A stretch of DNA of 64,000 nucleotides from Gemmatimonadota bacterium (lineage in GTDB: Bacteria > Gemmatimonadota > Gemmatimonadetes > Palauibacterales > Palauibacteraceae): positions 2,656,001-2,720,000 of the forward strand of contig OY762926.1 of NCBI GenBank assembly GCA_963666735.1, given 5' to 3'. Positions within the stretch are counted from its first letter, which is position 1; the number at the start of each line of letters is the position of its first letter. The notes beneath the pieces are model-generated. The model was not told where the DNA came from. It searched no databases and saw only the letters and a program-made list of their open reading frames with translations. Below are positions 16,121-26,010 of this stretch, piece after piece. Made by a program: the position numbers and the translations under genes.

Positions 16121-17264
16121 AGTCGATTCTCCGAAATGGCACGGTCGCGGTAGCACTCACGTTCCTCGCGGTGGCATGTGGGGACGGGGGCGGCGAGGTG
16201 GATCCGATAAGGGTGGCCGGATACCGCGTTTGGATACCCGGCCCGCTCGTTGAGCGGTACCCCCCGGACCCACACGACCTTCAGGCGGAGGACATCGTTG
16301 AAGGCGGCCTGGATCTTGCGGTGGGTGTAGGGGAGGGGGAAGGGATATACGTCCTCGATGCGGGGGCGAGGCACGTCCTGCGCCTGGACGGTGACGCAAC
16401 GCTGCAAGCCGTGATCGGCCGTCCCGGTGGTGGCCCCGGAGAGTTAGGAGCGCCGGTCTCGATCGAGGCGGACCTGCGGGGTGGTGTTTGGGTGGCGGAC
16501 AGGCAACACCATCGGCTGTCGCGCTTCGATTCAGACGGAGAACTCCTGGAGGAAACGCCGGTACCCTCGACGGTGCGTGGCTTCACGGTGCTGCCGAACG
16601 GCACGTTGCTGTACCGCAAGTTTGAGAACGGGGTGGCCACGCTGGCGCTGCACTCGGGGCGAGGGGCCGTGGATCTAGCCGCGGATCTTCCGGCGGAGTT
16701 GGCGCCGCAGGACTTGGCCTCCTACCTGGCTGAGTACGACCTTGAGTTTGCAGTGCTCGCCCCGGACACCGTCATCGCTTTCCGGAATTCGGGTCTTCGC
16801 GCCTACGGGGCATGGCGGATGGCGCTCGACACCTCGTCAGCTCGGATCACCGACATCGCCCGGGTGCCCATGCCCGTTTGGCTCTCAGAGGCGATTCGCG
16901 CCCAAGCGGAGGAAATCGAAGCATCCGCCCCCGAACGGGCCGAGGGATTCCGCCATCCGCTCGCAGATCGATCATCCCGTTCTCCAGGGGCGCGCGTATG
17001 GCCTCAGGCGATTTCTGGATCGTGCCGCATGTCATCGGCGGCACCGTGACTGCCACGACGATCCCTCTCCTGTCGGGCGATTCCGTTACCATCGTCCTAC
17101 GGTCGAGACCCTTGCGGGAGATAGATCGTTGCAACGGCAAGGTGGACTATGCGGTGTTCGGGGAAAGGTTGGCGATGCTCTGCAGCGACGAATTGCGCGT
17201 CTATGCGTTGCAGCGCGTCGAACCGGAAAGGTTGCCATTCGATACGAACCCGGCTGACGGGTGA
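16117..17264 (+). CDS. 6-bladed beta-propeller lipoprotein, frameshifted near 16945
   Basis: Lipobox FLAVAC; IGRPGGGPGEL; VWVAD. C-terminus continues in the 16812-17264 frame (GDFWIVP...ELRVYAL), whose stop overlaps the next start. Confidence 0.75.
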
Positions 17265-17920
17265 GGGAGGACCGGCTCCCAACCCGAACCCTCCCCCTCT
17301 ATCGGCGTCTTCTGCTGCTGCTCTTGAGACCGGGGCGTCTCTTCACGATGCTGCGGGAGGAACCCGTTTGGAAGGATGCGCTCGCGTGGCAGGTTCTTCT
17401 TGGCGCGCTGCTCTCCATCGCAGCGGCCATCGACACGCTCCCTCGCGTCTTCGAGTTCGGATCCGTGGCCCCGGTCGCCAGCCTTGCGACCCTTGGCATC
17501 GCCGCGGGGCTCGCCGTCTTGGTGGCCAGCCTCGCTGTTCCGCTGTTCTACGCTTCGGTGGCGGCCGTCCTGTTCATCGGCGTGAGATTCGTCATGCGGT
17601 GCGCCGTGTCCTTCGCCGAGATCTTCAGCGCCACGGTGCATGCGGCGTATGTCCTGCTCCTGGGCAGAATGATCACGTCGCTCCCGCCTCTTTCCGGGGC
17701 ATCTCTCATGGGCCCTCCGCAGCTTGGCTTTCGGCAACCCGCTCCCGACACCTCTTTCGGACCCTTACTGGTCGCGGGAGTCGTGGAGGCAGCGTTCTTC
17801 GCGCTGTTGGGCGTTGCGTTATGCCGGGTTTGTGGCCGTCGCCGGGTCGCCGTGGCGGCTGCGTTGGGAATTGCACTCTACGTGGCGACTATCGCGCTGA
17901 CGTTCGTGTTCCGGCTTTAG
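17261..17920 (+). CDS. Yip1-like multi-pass membrane protein
   Basis: LLLRPGRLFTMLREEP N-terminal motif, about 5 TM segments, GTGA coupling. Confidence 0.7.
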   Translation: MREDRLPTRTLPLYRRLLLLLLRPGRLFTMLREEPVWKDALAWQVLLGALLSIAAAIDTLPRVFEFGSVAPVASLATLGIAAGLAVLVASLAVPLFYASVAAVLFIGVRFVMRCAVSFAEIFSATVHAAYVLLLGRMITSLPPLSGASLMGPPQLGFRQPAPDTSFGPLLVAGVVEAAFFALLGVALCRVCGRRRVAVAAALGIALYVATIALTFVFRL

Positions 17921-17925
17921 AGTCT

Positions 17926-19047
17926 TCAGACGCGGGCGTGCCAGGCGGCGAGGACCTCGGCTTCCAGCTCGGCGGGAAGGCCGGCCACGGGGGCGGCGCG
18001 GCGCGCCTCGGGGAGCGAGTTCCACCACTCGACCGTGTCGCGGGCGGTGTCCGCGAGGGGACGGAAGGTGAGCCCTGCCTGCATGGCGGCCGCCACCGCA
18101 ACCTGGTTCATCCCGACCGTCTCCCCTTCGGGCGGCGTCCAGTTCGTCATGTGGCCCCACGGCGCCACCTCGTGCTCGCGCATGAACTCCGTCGACACCC
18201 AGGTGAAGGTGGCGTCGGCGCCGAGGGCACCCCGGATCTCCTCCAGCATGTCGCCGAACTGCTGCACCTCGCCCGTCGCGTTGTACGTACCTCCGTTCCC
18301 GGGCGTCTCGACGAGGCGCACGATCCACTCGGAGAGGTCGCGGGCGTCGACGTTCTGCACCGGATCGGCGGGGGTGTTGGGGGCCAGGACCTCGCCGCCG
18401 CGGCCGACCCGCACCGGCCAGTAGGTCCAGCGGTCCGTGTTGTCTCCGGGCCCGATGATGAGCCCCGGGCGCACGATGATCGCGTCCTCGCCGAAGGCGT
18501 CGCGCGCGTACGCTTCGCAGCGCGCCTTCCTCGGCCCGTACGCGCCGTCGTCCTCGGCCTCGTCCGGGGACAGTTGTCCGACGTGGTAGTCCTCATCGAT
18601 CCCGACCGTGGCGAAGTCGGCGTAGGCGGAGATGGACGAGACGAAGAGGTAGCGGTCGACCTGGTCGCGCAGGAGTTCCGCGGTCGAGGCGACCCAGCTT
18701 GGGTAGGAAGCGGAGTTGTCGATGACGGCGTCCCACTCCCGACCCTCGAGCGCGGACAGGTCGCTCGTCCGGTCGCCGATCAGGTGTTCGACGCGCTCGA
18801 AGTAGTCGTGATAGAAGGGCGGTTCGGTCTGCCCGCGCGTGAAGATCGAGATCTCGTGGCCCCGGTCGATCGCGTACTTCACCTGGTGAGGGCCGATGAA
18901 ACGGGTCCCGCCCAGGATGAGGATGCGGAGAGGCCGGTCGGCGGCGCCCGCGCAGGCGGCGGAGCCGAAGGCGCCGAGTACGCCGAGCGCGCCACCGGCG
19001 CGGGCGGACGTCTGCACGAACTCTCGGCGGGTCTGGTTCCATGTCAT
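17926..19047 (-). CDS. NAD-dependent epimerase/isoflavone-reductase-like SDR with Tat signal
   Basis: TRREFV Tat motif; ILILGGTRFIG; YGPRK; RPGLIIGPGD. Confidence 0.9.
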   Translation of the reverse strand: MTWNQTRREFVQTSARAGGALGVLGAFGSAACAGAADRPLRILILGGTRFIGPHQVKYAIDRGHEISIFTRGQTEPPFYHDYFERVEHLIGDRTSDLSALEGREWDAVIDNSASYPSWVASTAELLRDQVDRYLFVSSISAYADFATVGIDEDYHVGQLSPDEAEDDGAYGPRKARCEAYARDAFGEDAIIVRPGLIIGPGDNTDRWTYWPVRVGRGGEVLAPNTPADPVQNVDARDLSEWIVRLVETPGNGGTYNATGEVQQFGDMLEEIRGALGADATFTWVSTEFMREHEVAPWGHMTNWTPPEGETVGMNQVAVAAAMQAGLTFRPLADTARDTVEWWNSLPEARRAAPVAGLPAELEAEVLAAWHARV

Positions 19048-19102
19048 CGTGATCTGCCCTTTCCTGTGCTTTCCTGCCTGTGCTTTCCCGTGCTGTCTTC
19101 CG

Positions 19103-20311
19103 TTATCTCTCTTCGGGGCGCGGCCCGGACCAGCCGTATGCGTGCGCGACGGTGATCGCGATCTCGGCCGCAAGCTCGCCCCCCGAGTCGGAGTTCGTCA
19201 TCACGAAGACGCCGTCGTCCCCCTCGATGTACGCCGCGAACGTGCAGCGGAACCCCTGGTTCGAGCCGCCGTGCCGAAAGCGTTCGCCGTCCTCGGAGAT
19301 CGCGGGGCCCAACCCCCAGTCGTCCGCGTCGGGCGTCAGCATCTCGCGGGCGAGCGCCTCTCCCAGCACGAGGTCCGACTCGCCCCTCCACGCGCGCTGC
19401 ATCTCGCGGGCGTAGAGCGCGAGTTCGCTCGGCGTCGTCCACAGGCCGGCGGCCGCCTGTTCGGGATAGGTGTGCCGCCCGCCCGGGACGCGCTCGCCGT
19501 CCGCCCGGTAGCCCGTCGCGATGTCGTCCTGCCGCTCGGGCGGGATCGGCTGCTCGTACGTCGAGCGCGACATCCCGATCGGGTCGAGGACTTCCTCTCG
19601 CATGACGGTGGCGAACGGCGCGCCGCGGACGTCCGCTACGAGTTGCTGCATCACGGTGTATCCGCCGCCGGAGTAGCGCCAACTCTCCCCCGGCGCCTTG
19701 TAGACGCGCACGGGGTCCGTGTTGCCGCGGCCATCGAGGACGCCCGACCCGTCCGGCGCCTCCTCATCCGGACCGTAGCCCGGGAAGCCCCACACGGTGA
19801 GGCCGGCCCGGTGCGTGAGAAGCCCTCGCAGGGTGACGGGCGCCCCCTCCGTGAACTCGTTCCCCGGCAACCGCCAACTCGTGAGATGGGCGTTGACATC
19901 GCCATCGAGATCGACGCGGCCCGATTCCACGAGCCGCAGGGCCGCGAGCGCCGCCACGGGCTTGGAGATGGACGCGGCCTGGAACAGCGTGTTCGGCGTC
20001 ACCGGGCGACCCGACTCGACATCGGCGAGTCCGTAGCCGCGGGCCCAGGCGATCTCGCCGTCGACCAGGACCGCAACGCTGACGCCGGGTACGCCCAGTT
20101 CGGCCATGCGGTCGGCGAGCGAGCGTCGCGCGACGGGCGCGCCGCGAATCGTGAAGGTCGGCAGCAGCGCCGACTCGACGAGCGCCTGCGGGGATCCGTC
20201 CGCCGCCCCCACCGGCAAGGATCGGTCGGGCGTGGACGGCGGCGCGCACGCGAGCGCGGACACGAGCGCATACATCGTACAGGCGATGAGGGCGGTCCGG
20301 GCTGCGTTCAC
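19103..20311 (-). CDS. Serine hydrolase, AmpC/beta-lactamase-related lipoprotein
   Basis: FQAASISK (SxxK), LLTHRAG, YSGGGY, HGGSNQGF; lipobox-like ALAC. Confidence 0.9.
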   Translation of the reverse strand: MNAARTALIACTMYALVSALACAPPSTPDRSLPVGAADGSPQALVESALLPTFTIRGAPVARRSLADRMAELGVPGVSVAVLVDGEIAWARGYGLADVESGRPVTPNTLFQAASISKPVAALAALRLVESGRVDLDGDVNAHLTSWRLPGNEFTEGAPVTLRGLLTHRAGLTVWGFPGYGPDEEAPDGSGVLDGRGNTDPVRVYKAPGESWRYSGGGYTVMQQLVADVRGAPFATVMREEVLDPIGMSRSTYEQPIPPERQDDIATGYRADGERVPGGRHTYPEQAAAGLWTTPSELALYAREMQRAWRGESDLVLGEALAREMLTPDADDWGLGPAISEDGERFRHGGSNQGFRCTFAAYIEGDDGVFVMTNSDSGGELAAEIAITVAHAYGWSGPRPEER

Positions 20312-23100
20312 GGTCCCTTCCCGAATTTGCAGTCGTACCAGCTGCGGCCGATGCCGAGATCGACGCGCAGGGGGACCGTCAGTTCGATAGCCCCCTCCAT
20401 CTCCTCGCGCACGATCCGGCCGATGGCTTCAACCTCGGCCTCCGGGGCCTCGATGAGCAACTCGTCGTGCACCTGCAGGAGCATGCGGGCCTCGGTTTCC
20501 TCGAGACGTTCGTGCAGGCGGATCATCGACACCTTGATGAGGTCCGCCGCGGATCCCTGGATGGGAGAGTTCGTCGCGGTCCGTTCGCCGTAGCCGCGAA
20601 TCCCGGGGTTCCTGGACCGGATCTCGGGGATGTACCGCCGACGCCCGAACAGCGTCTCGACGTAGTTCCGGTCCCGCGCCACTTCCTTCATCTCCTCGAG
20701 GTAGGCCGCGACGCCCGCGAACCTCTCGAAGTATCCGGCGATGAACTCGCCCGCCTGCGTCCGTGAGATGCCGAGTTGCTGGGCGAGCGCGAACGGACCC
20801 TGGCCGTAGATGGTCGCGAAGTTGATCGTCTTCGCCTGCTCGCGCATGGTCGGCGTCACGTCATCCGCCTCGACGCCGAAGATCCGGGCTGCGGTCTCCC
20901 GGTGGATGTCGCGCTCCGCCCGGAACGCTTCCACGAACGCCTCATCCCCGGAGAGATGGGCCATCACCCGGAGTTCGATCTGGGAGTAGTCCGCCCCCAC
21001 GAACCGGTGGCCGGGGGCGGCGACGAACCCCTTCCGGATCTCGCGCCCCAGGGCGCGCCGGATCGGGATGTTCTGGAGGTTCGGGTCCGAGGAGGAGAGT
21101 CGGCCCGTCGCGGCGACGGTCTGGTTGAAGCGGGTGTGGATGCGCCCCTCGGCGTCGATCAGCCTCGGGAGCACCTTCACGTACGTGCCGTCCAGCTTGT
21201 CGAGTTCCCGGTGTTCGAGGATGAGGCGCGGCAGATCGTGGCCCATGGCCGCGAGTTGTTCGAGCACGGACTCGTCCGTCGAGGGACCGGTCTTCGTCTT
21301 CTTGAGGACGGGCAGCGCGAGCTGGTCGAAGAGAAGCGCCCGCATCTGCGGCACGGAGCGGAGGTTGACCTCGGTCCCGGCGATCTTGTGGATCTCCGAG
21401 CGCACGGCGTCGAGATCGCGGCGCAGGCGGTCCCGGAGATCGCCGAAGAAGTCGAGGTCGATCGCGATGCCGGCCCGCTCCATGCTCGCGAGGACCGTGA
21501 CCAGCGGCATCTCGACCTCGCGGAAGAGGCGGCCCATGCCCGTGCGCACGAGGTCGGCTTCGTCGACCTTCGCGAGGCGGTGCAGGAGGGCGGCGCGGGG
21601 GCCGGCCCATTCGGCGGCTCGCGCGGGCTCGACCGATGCCACGGGCAGACGGTTCCGTCCGGTGCCCGTGATGGCGTCGCCCGTCTCGAGCGCGACGCTC
21701 AGGCGATCGGGGCCGAGGGTGGAGAGGGCGCGGTCGCGGCGGGCCGGATCCAGGCAGTAGGAGGAGATCCGCGTGTCGAACGAGCCGTCGGCGTCGAGAC
21801 CCCCCAACTCGACGCCGTGCCGGCGCAGGAGCTGGGCGGCGTACTTCAGATCGTGCCCGAGTTTCGGCGTGTCCGAGGCCAGCAGGTCGCGCAGGCCTCG
21901 CATGCCGGACGACGTCAGCTCCGGCAGGCCGACGGTCTCGCCCGCGTCGAAGGCGAGCGTCGGGTTCCCCGCCGCATCGTGCTGGACTTCCGGGGCCCGG
22001 TGTCCGAGGGGCAGGTAGAAGGCGCGGTCCTCGGAGGCGGCGAGCGCCAGGCCGACGAGGTCGGCGCTCAGCGGGTCGTCCGAACTGCCGGCCACGAACA
22101 GCCCGATCCGCGGTACTCCGGCGCATGCGGCCAGCACGTCGCCCAGCCCGTCCGTGCCGGCCACGACGTTCACCCGCGGCGCGTAACGCTCGGCTTCGGT
22201 CGCCGGAGCCTCCAGTTCCCTGAGCAGGTTGTGGAATTCCAGTTCGCGGAAGACGGACGCCGCCTTTTCAGTGTCCAGCGTCCGGGACCGGAGGCTGTCG
22301 AGATCCAGGCTCACGGGCGCATCGGTCCGGATCGTCACCAGCTGCCGGGAGCGCCGCGCGTCATCCGCATGCTTGAGGAGCGCGTTGCGCGCTCGCGCGG
22401 CCGTGATCTCTTCCGCGCGCGTCAGGATCGACTCGAGGTCGCCGAACTGCCGGATGAGGGCGGGCGCCGTCTTCTTCCCGATGCCGGGCACGCCGGGGAC
22501 GTTGTCCGACGAGTCGCCGAGGAGCGCCAGGAAGTCGGTCACGCGCTCCGGCGGCACGCCGAGCCGCTCCTCCGCATTGTCCGGCGTCACCCACACCTGA
22601 TCCACGCCGGCGGGTCCGCCGCGCCCCGGATTGAGCAACGCGGTGCGATCGTCTACGAGCTGATGGAAGTCCTTGTCTCCGGAGACGATGACGGTGTTCA
22701 GACCGCGGCTTGCGGCCTCCTGCGCGAGGGTTCCGATCACGTCGTCCGCCTCCCACCCGTCCGCCTCGATCACGGGCACCCGGAAGGCGTCGAAGACCTC
22801 CCGGCACCTGGGGAGGGATGCCCGGAGTTCGTCGGGCATCTTTTCTCGCGTGGCCTTGTATTCCGGGTAGATGTCGGTGCGGAAGCTGTCGCCGGCATCG
22901 AACGCGACGCCGAGATAGTCGGGTGCGTGATCGCCGATCAGCCGCATGAGGAAGCGGGCGATGCCGTACGGAGCCGACGTGTTCTCGCCGCTCGAGGTGG
23001 TGAGCGGCCGGTTGATCATGGCGAAGAACGCGCGGTAGATGAGCGCGTAACCGTCGAGCAGGAAGAGCGACGGACCCGCGGCGTGTGACGGCTTCACCAT
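20308..23100 (-). CDS. polA: DNA polymerase I
   Basis: LLDGYALIYRAFFA, SGDKD, TGRLSSSDPNLQNIP, DYSQIELR, LQVHDEL. Confidence 0.98.
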   Translation of the reverse strand: MVKPSHAAGPSLFLLDGYALIYRAFFAMINRPLTTSSGENTSAPYGIARFLMRLIGDHAPDYLGVAFDAGDSFRTDIYPEYKATREKMPDELRASLPRCREVFDAFRVPVIEADGWEADDVIGTLAQEAASRGLNTVIVSGDKDFHQLVDDRTALLNPGRGGPAGVDQVWVTPDNAEERLGVPPERVTDFLALLGDSSDNVPGVPGIGKKTAPALIRQFGDLESILTRAEEITAARARNALLKHADDARRSRQLVTIRTDAPVSLDLDSLRSRTLDTEKAASVFRELEFHNLLRELEAPATEAERYAPRVNVVAGTDGLGDVLAACAGVPRIGLFVAGSSDDPLSADLVGLALAASEDRAFYLPLGHRAPEVQHDAAGNPTLAFDAGETVGLPELTSSGMRGLRDLLASDTPKLGHDLKYAAQLLRRHGVELGGLDADGSFDTRISSYCLDPARRDRALSTLGPDRLSVALETGDAITGTGRNRLPVASVEPARAAEWAGPRAALLHRLAKVDEADLVRTGMGRLFREVEMPLVTVLASMERAGIAIDLDFFGDLRDRLRRDLDAVRSEIHKIAGTEVNLRSVPQMRALLFDQLALPVLKKTKTGPSTDESVLEQLAAMGHDLPRLILEHRELDKLDGTYVKVLPRLIDAEGRIHTRFNQTVAATGRLSSSDPNLQNIPIRRALGREIRKGFVAAPGHRFVGADYSQIELRVMAHLSGDEAFVEAFRAERDIHRETAARIFGVEADDVTPTMREQAKTINFATIYGQGPFALAQQLGISRTQAGEFIAGYFERFAGVAAYLEEMKEVARDRNYVETLFGRRRYIPEIRSRNPGIRGYGERTATNSPIQGSAADLIKVSMIRLHERLEETEARMLLQVHDELLIEAPEAEVEAIGRIVREEMEGAIELTVPLRVDLGIGRSWYDCKFGKGP

Positions 23101-23209
23101 GCGTGGCGCCGCCGCGCGGCGTTCACGGGCTGTCGGCGATGGTCAACATGGCATCTATGTATGGCCGGGGGGCGGTCCGTGGCAAAGCCCGGTGACAACC
23201 CGCTGACAG

Positions 23210-23240
23210 AAAAAAACGCCCCGCCGGGCGGGGCGGGGCG
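23210..23240 (-). terminator. Intrinsic terminator of csp
   Basis: CGCCCCGCC/GGCGGGGCG stem plus T7 on the minus strand. Confidence 0.8.
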
Positions 23241-23266
23241 CGTGAAGCTCCGGCTGTGGCGTCCGG

Positions 23267-23473
23267 TCAGGCGGTGCGCACGACGCGGGTCGCATGCAGG
23301 CCCTTCTCGCCCTGCGTGAACTCGTAGTCCACTTCCATCCCTTCCACGAGCGTCTTGTACCCGTCCATATCGATGGAAGAATAATGCACGAAAACGTCAG
23401 CGCCGCCGTCGGGCTGCTCGATGAAACCGTACCCCTTGGAGTCGTTGAACCACTTTACCGTACCTGATGGCAT
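23267..23473 (-). CDS. cspA: Cold-shock protein
   Basis: GTVKWFNDSKGYGFI, DVFVHYSSI. Confidence 0.95.
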   Translation of the reverse strand: MPSGTVKWFNDSKGYGFIEQPDGGADVFVHYSSIDMDGYKTLVEGMEVDYEFTQGEKGLHATRVVRTA

Positions 23474-23619
23474 CCTGCCTCCTGCGAGCCTCGGTGATGG
23501 GTGTTGCGGGCGCGTCGCGCGGCTGGCCGTGCATCGTGTTTCGCTCCGCCGGACATGAGAGAAAACCTATGCTATGGGAGCAATTTGGATGCGTCAACAC
23601 GTCGCCGGGGACGGTCGTT

Positions 23620-26010
23620 TCAGGGCTTCGAGGCGCCCAGGTCCGGGTACAGGAAGCGGTAGATTTCGGCGAGTTCCGTGACCGCGCGCACGTACTCGCG
23701 CGTCTCCCGGTAGGGGATCCGCTCGACCAGTTCCTCGTCATCCGAGAACTCGGGAAAGTCGCGCCAGCGCACGTAGCGATGGGGGCCGGCATTGTAGGAG
23801 ATCATCCCCGCGATGTCGAAGCCGTCGAAGCGGCCGAGCACTTCCGACAGATACCGGGTTCCGAGCCTCAGGTTGACCTGGGGGACCGTGAGCTGGTGAC
23901 GGCGGTAACCGGCGAGTCCGGCTCGAGAGGAGACGTCGCGGGCCGTCTCCGGCAGCAGTTGCATGAGACCGATGGCATTCGCCACGGAACGGATCTCGGG
24001 ATCGAACATCGACTCGCGACGCGAGAGTCCGGCAACGAAGTGGGGCGAGAGTCCGTTCCGCTGGGCCGCGGCGACGAGGGCCTCGCGGAACGGAAGCGGA
24101 TAGATCGCTTCGAGCAACGGCCGGGTCCAGCGGCCGCGAATGGCCTGCGCGCGCCACCCCTCGCGAATTCCCTCCCGCGTCCATTCCGCCGCGTTCAGGG
24201 CGTGCGCGAACGCGAGGATCGCGCCGTAGGTGGACGGTCCGCGCTCTCTGGCCCGGCGGTACTCCCGGCGTGCCCGCTCGGGCCACCCCACCTCCCGCAG
24301 CGTGTTCATGCGCCGGAGCGCGGTCGCGTGGATGGGGTCGAGATCGGGCAACGGCTCCGCTTCCCCAAGCCCGACCGTGGCCAGGCGATCCGCACCGGTG
24401 CGGGGCTCCGCGAGGATGGCGTAGTAGTCGAGCGGGTTGTACCGGAGGGCGCGGGCGTAGAACGCGCTCGCGGCCTGGGTGTCGCCCAGCGCCTCCGCCA
24501 CCTTGCCGCTCCAGTAGATGGCGCCCTGGATCCACCCGCCCTCCGGGTAGCGCTCACGGTATTCGGCAAGGAGAGCGCGCGCCTCCGCGTACCGGCCCTC
24601 GTGATACGCGAGGAGGGCGAGCCGCTCCAGCGACCGCGATCCGTAGCTCGCTTCCGGGAACGCGCGGTAGGAGCGCTCGAAGCCCTCCGCCGCGATGTCC
24701 GGGCGGCCGGCGTCGTGCTCGAGGTCCGCGAGCAGGTAGGCGGCGCGGGCGGCGACATCCCCGGAGCCGCGGGCGGCCGTCTCGTGAGCCGTCGCGGCGT
24801 CGCCGTCGCGTCCGAGCGCACGGTAGATGCCGGCGGCGAGCATCCACAGCGACGCCCGGGGTGCGGTGACGGAAGCGGGATCCGCGGTCCACGGGGCCAG
24901 CGTCTCCGCCGCCCGCGCGGGAGCGCCCAGTGCCATGTACGCCGAAGCGAGCGATTCGGCGATGCCGGGGCGTTCGGCCGCGGGTGCGAGCTCGAGCGCT
25001 TCCGAGAGATAGCCGGCGCCGCGGGAGTGACGGCCGGCGCGGGTGTCGGAGCGCCCGACATCCCGCAGCGTCCGCCACGACCGCGTGAGCGCGAGGAGCG
25101 CAGGTCCTGTCTCCGGCGTCTGGAGCCCTCTCGCGATCGCGTCCGCGAAGGCCGACGCCGCCAAGGCGGAATCCCCGGTAGCCAGGTAGTGCGGCCCGAG
25201 GTGCCGGGCGGCGAGGATGTTCCGGACGCCCCTGCCGGCGCGGCTCGCAAGCGCGGCCCCGCGTTCGGGATCATCGAGTTCGAAGGCCAGGCGGGCCGCC
25301 GGGAGGAGCGCGGAATCCGCGGGAACGAGCGCCTCCTGTATGATTGAGTCGGCGAGGGCGAAGGCGTCCCGGTCCTCGGCCTCCGCCAGGGCGTAGAGGC
25401 GGGAGAGCCGCAGCCACGGAGCGAACTCGGGGTATTCGCGCTCGGCGAGGGTGAGCTGGTCCCGCGCTTCGAACCACTGGTAGCGCCGGTAGGACACGCG
25501 GGCGAACTCCACCCGCGCGGCCAGCGGAGGCGTCCCGTCGACCGCGCCCAGATACGCGCGGTAGTGCGCCGCGGACCGGGTCACGCTGTCGAGCCCCGCG
25601 TACGCTCGAGCCCGGAGGAGCATGGCCTGCGCCCGCGCGGCCGGGGTCGAGCCGCCTTCCCGCTCCGAGAGGAGGTCCAGCACGGAACCCCATGCCCGCT
25701 GCTGCGCGAAGGCCTGCGCCGCCAGCAGCACGGCGGCCTCGTCCCCCCGCGCCGCGCCCGCGGCGAGCTCGCGCGCCAGCAGCGCCGATGCCGACACCGG
25801 CATCCGGACATCGAGGAGGCGCCGCGCCCGCTCCAGCACAGCGGGGTCTGCCGTCCGGGCCGCGGCGTCGCCGGGGTTGGGGGGCCGTGCCGCGTTCCCG
25901 GCCTGCGCGCCAAGCGCGGACGCCAGGACGAGCGTCAGCAGCGACCCCAGCCCGGGACCGCGTACGCAATGGAAGCGCACAAGGCGCTGAATTCGCCGTC
26001 GAACCTGCAC
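23620..26010 (-). CDS. Soluble lytic transglycosylase (Slt70-like) with TPR repeats
   Basis: RRESMF, AIGLMQL, SYNAG, ERIPYRETREYV; GGAGG before GTG 26010. Confidence 0.9.
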   Translation of the reverse strand: MQVRRRIQRLVRFHCVRGPGLGSLLTLVLASALGAQAGNAARPPNPGDAAARTADPAVLERARRLLDVRMPVSASALLARELAAGAARGDEAAVLLAAQAFAQQRAWGSVLDLLSEREGGSTPAARAQAMLLRARAYAGLDSVTRSAAHYRAYLGAVDGTPPLAARVEFARVSYRRYQWFEARDQLTLAEREYPEFAPWLRLSRLYALAEAEDRDAFALADSIIQEALVPADSALLPAARLAFELDDPERGAALASRAGRGVRNILAARHLGPHYLATGDSALAASAFADAIARGLQTPETGPALLALTRSWRTLRDVGRSDTRAGRHSRGAGYLSEALELAPAAERPGIAESLASAYMALGAPARAAETLAPWTADPASVTAPRASLWMLAAGIYRALGRDGDAATAHETAARGSGDVAARAAYLLADLEHDAGRPDIAAEGFERSYRAFPEASYGSRSLERLALLAYHEGRYAEARALLAEYRERYPEGGWIQGAIYWSGKVAEALGDTQAASAFYARALRYNPLDYYAILAEPRTGADRLATVGLGEAEPLPDLDPIHATALRRMNTLREVGWPERARREYRRARERGPSTYGAILAFAHALNAAEWTREGIREGWRAQAIRGRWTRPLLEAIYPLPFREALVAAAQRNGLSPHFVAGLSRRESMFDPEIRSVANAIGLMQLLPETARDVSSRAGLAGYRRHQLTVPQVNLRLGTRYLSEVLGRFDGFDIAGMISYNAGPHRYVRWRDFPEFSDDEELVERIPYRETREYVRAVTELAEIYRFLYPDLGASKP

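Noticed and set aside
1369..17925. Integron cassette array or CRISPR
   Set aside because: No integrase or cas genes, no recurring attC-like sites or regularly spaced repeats, and the cassettes are interleaved with core genes in both orientations.
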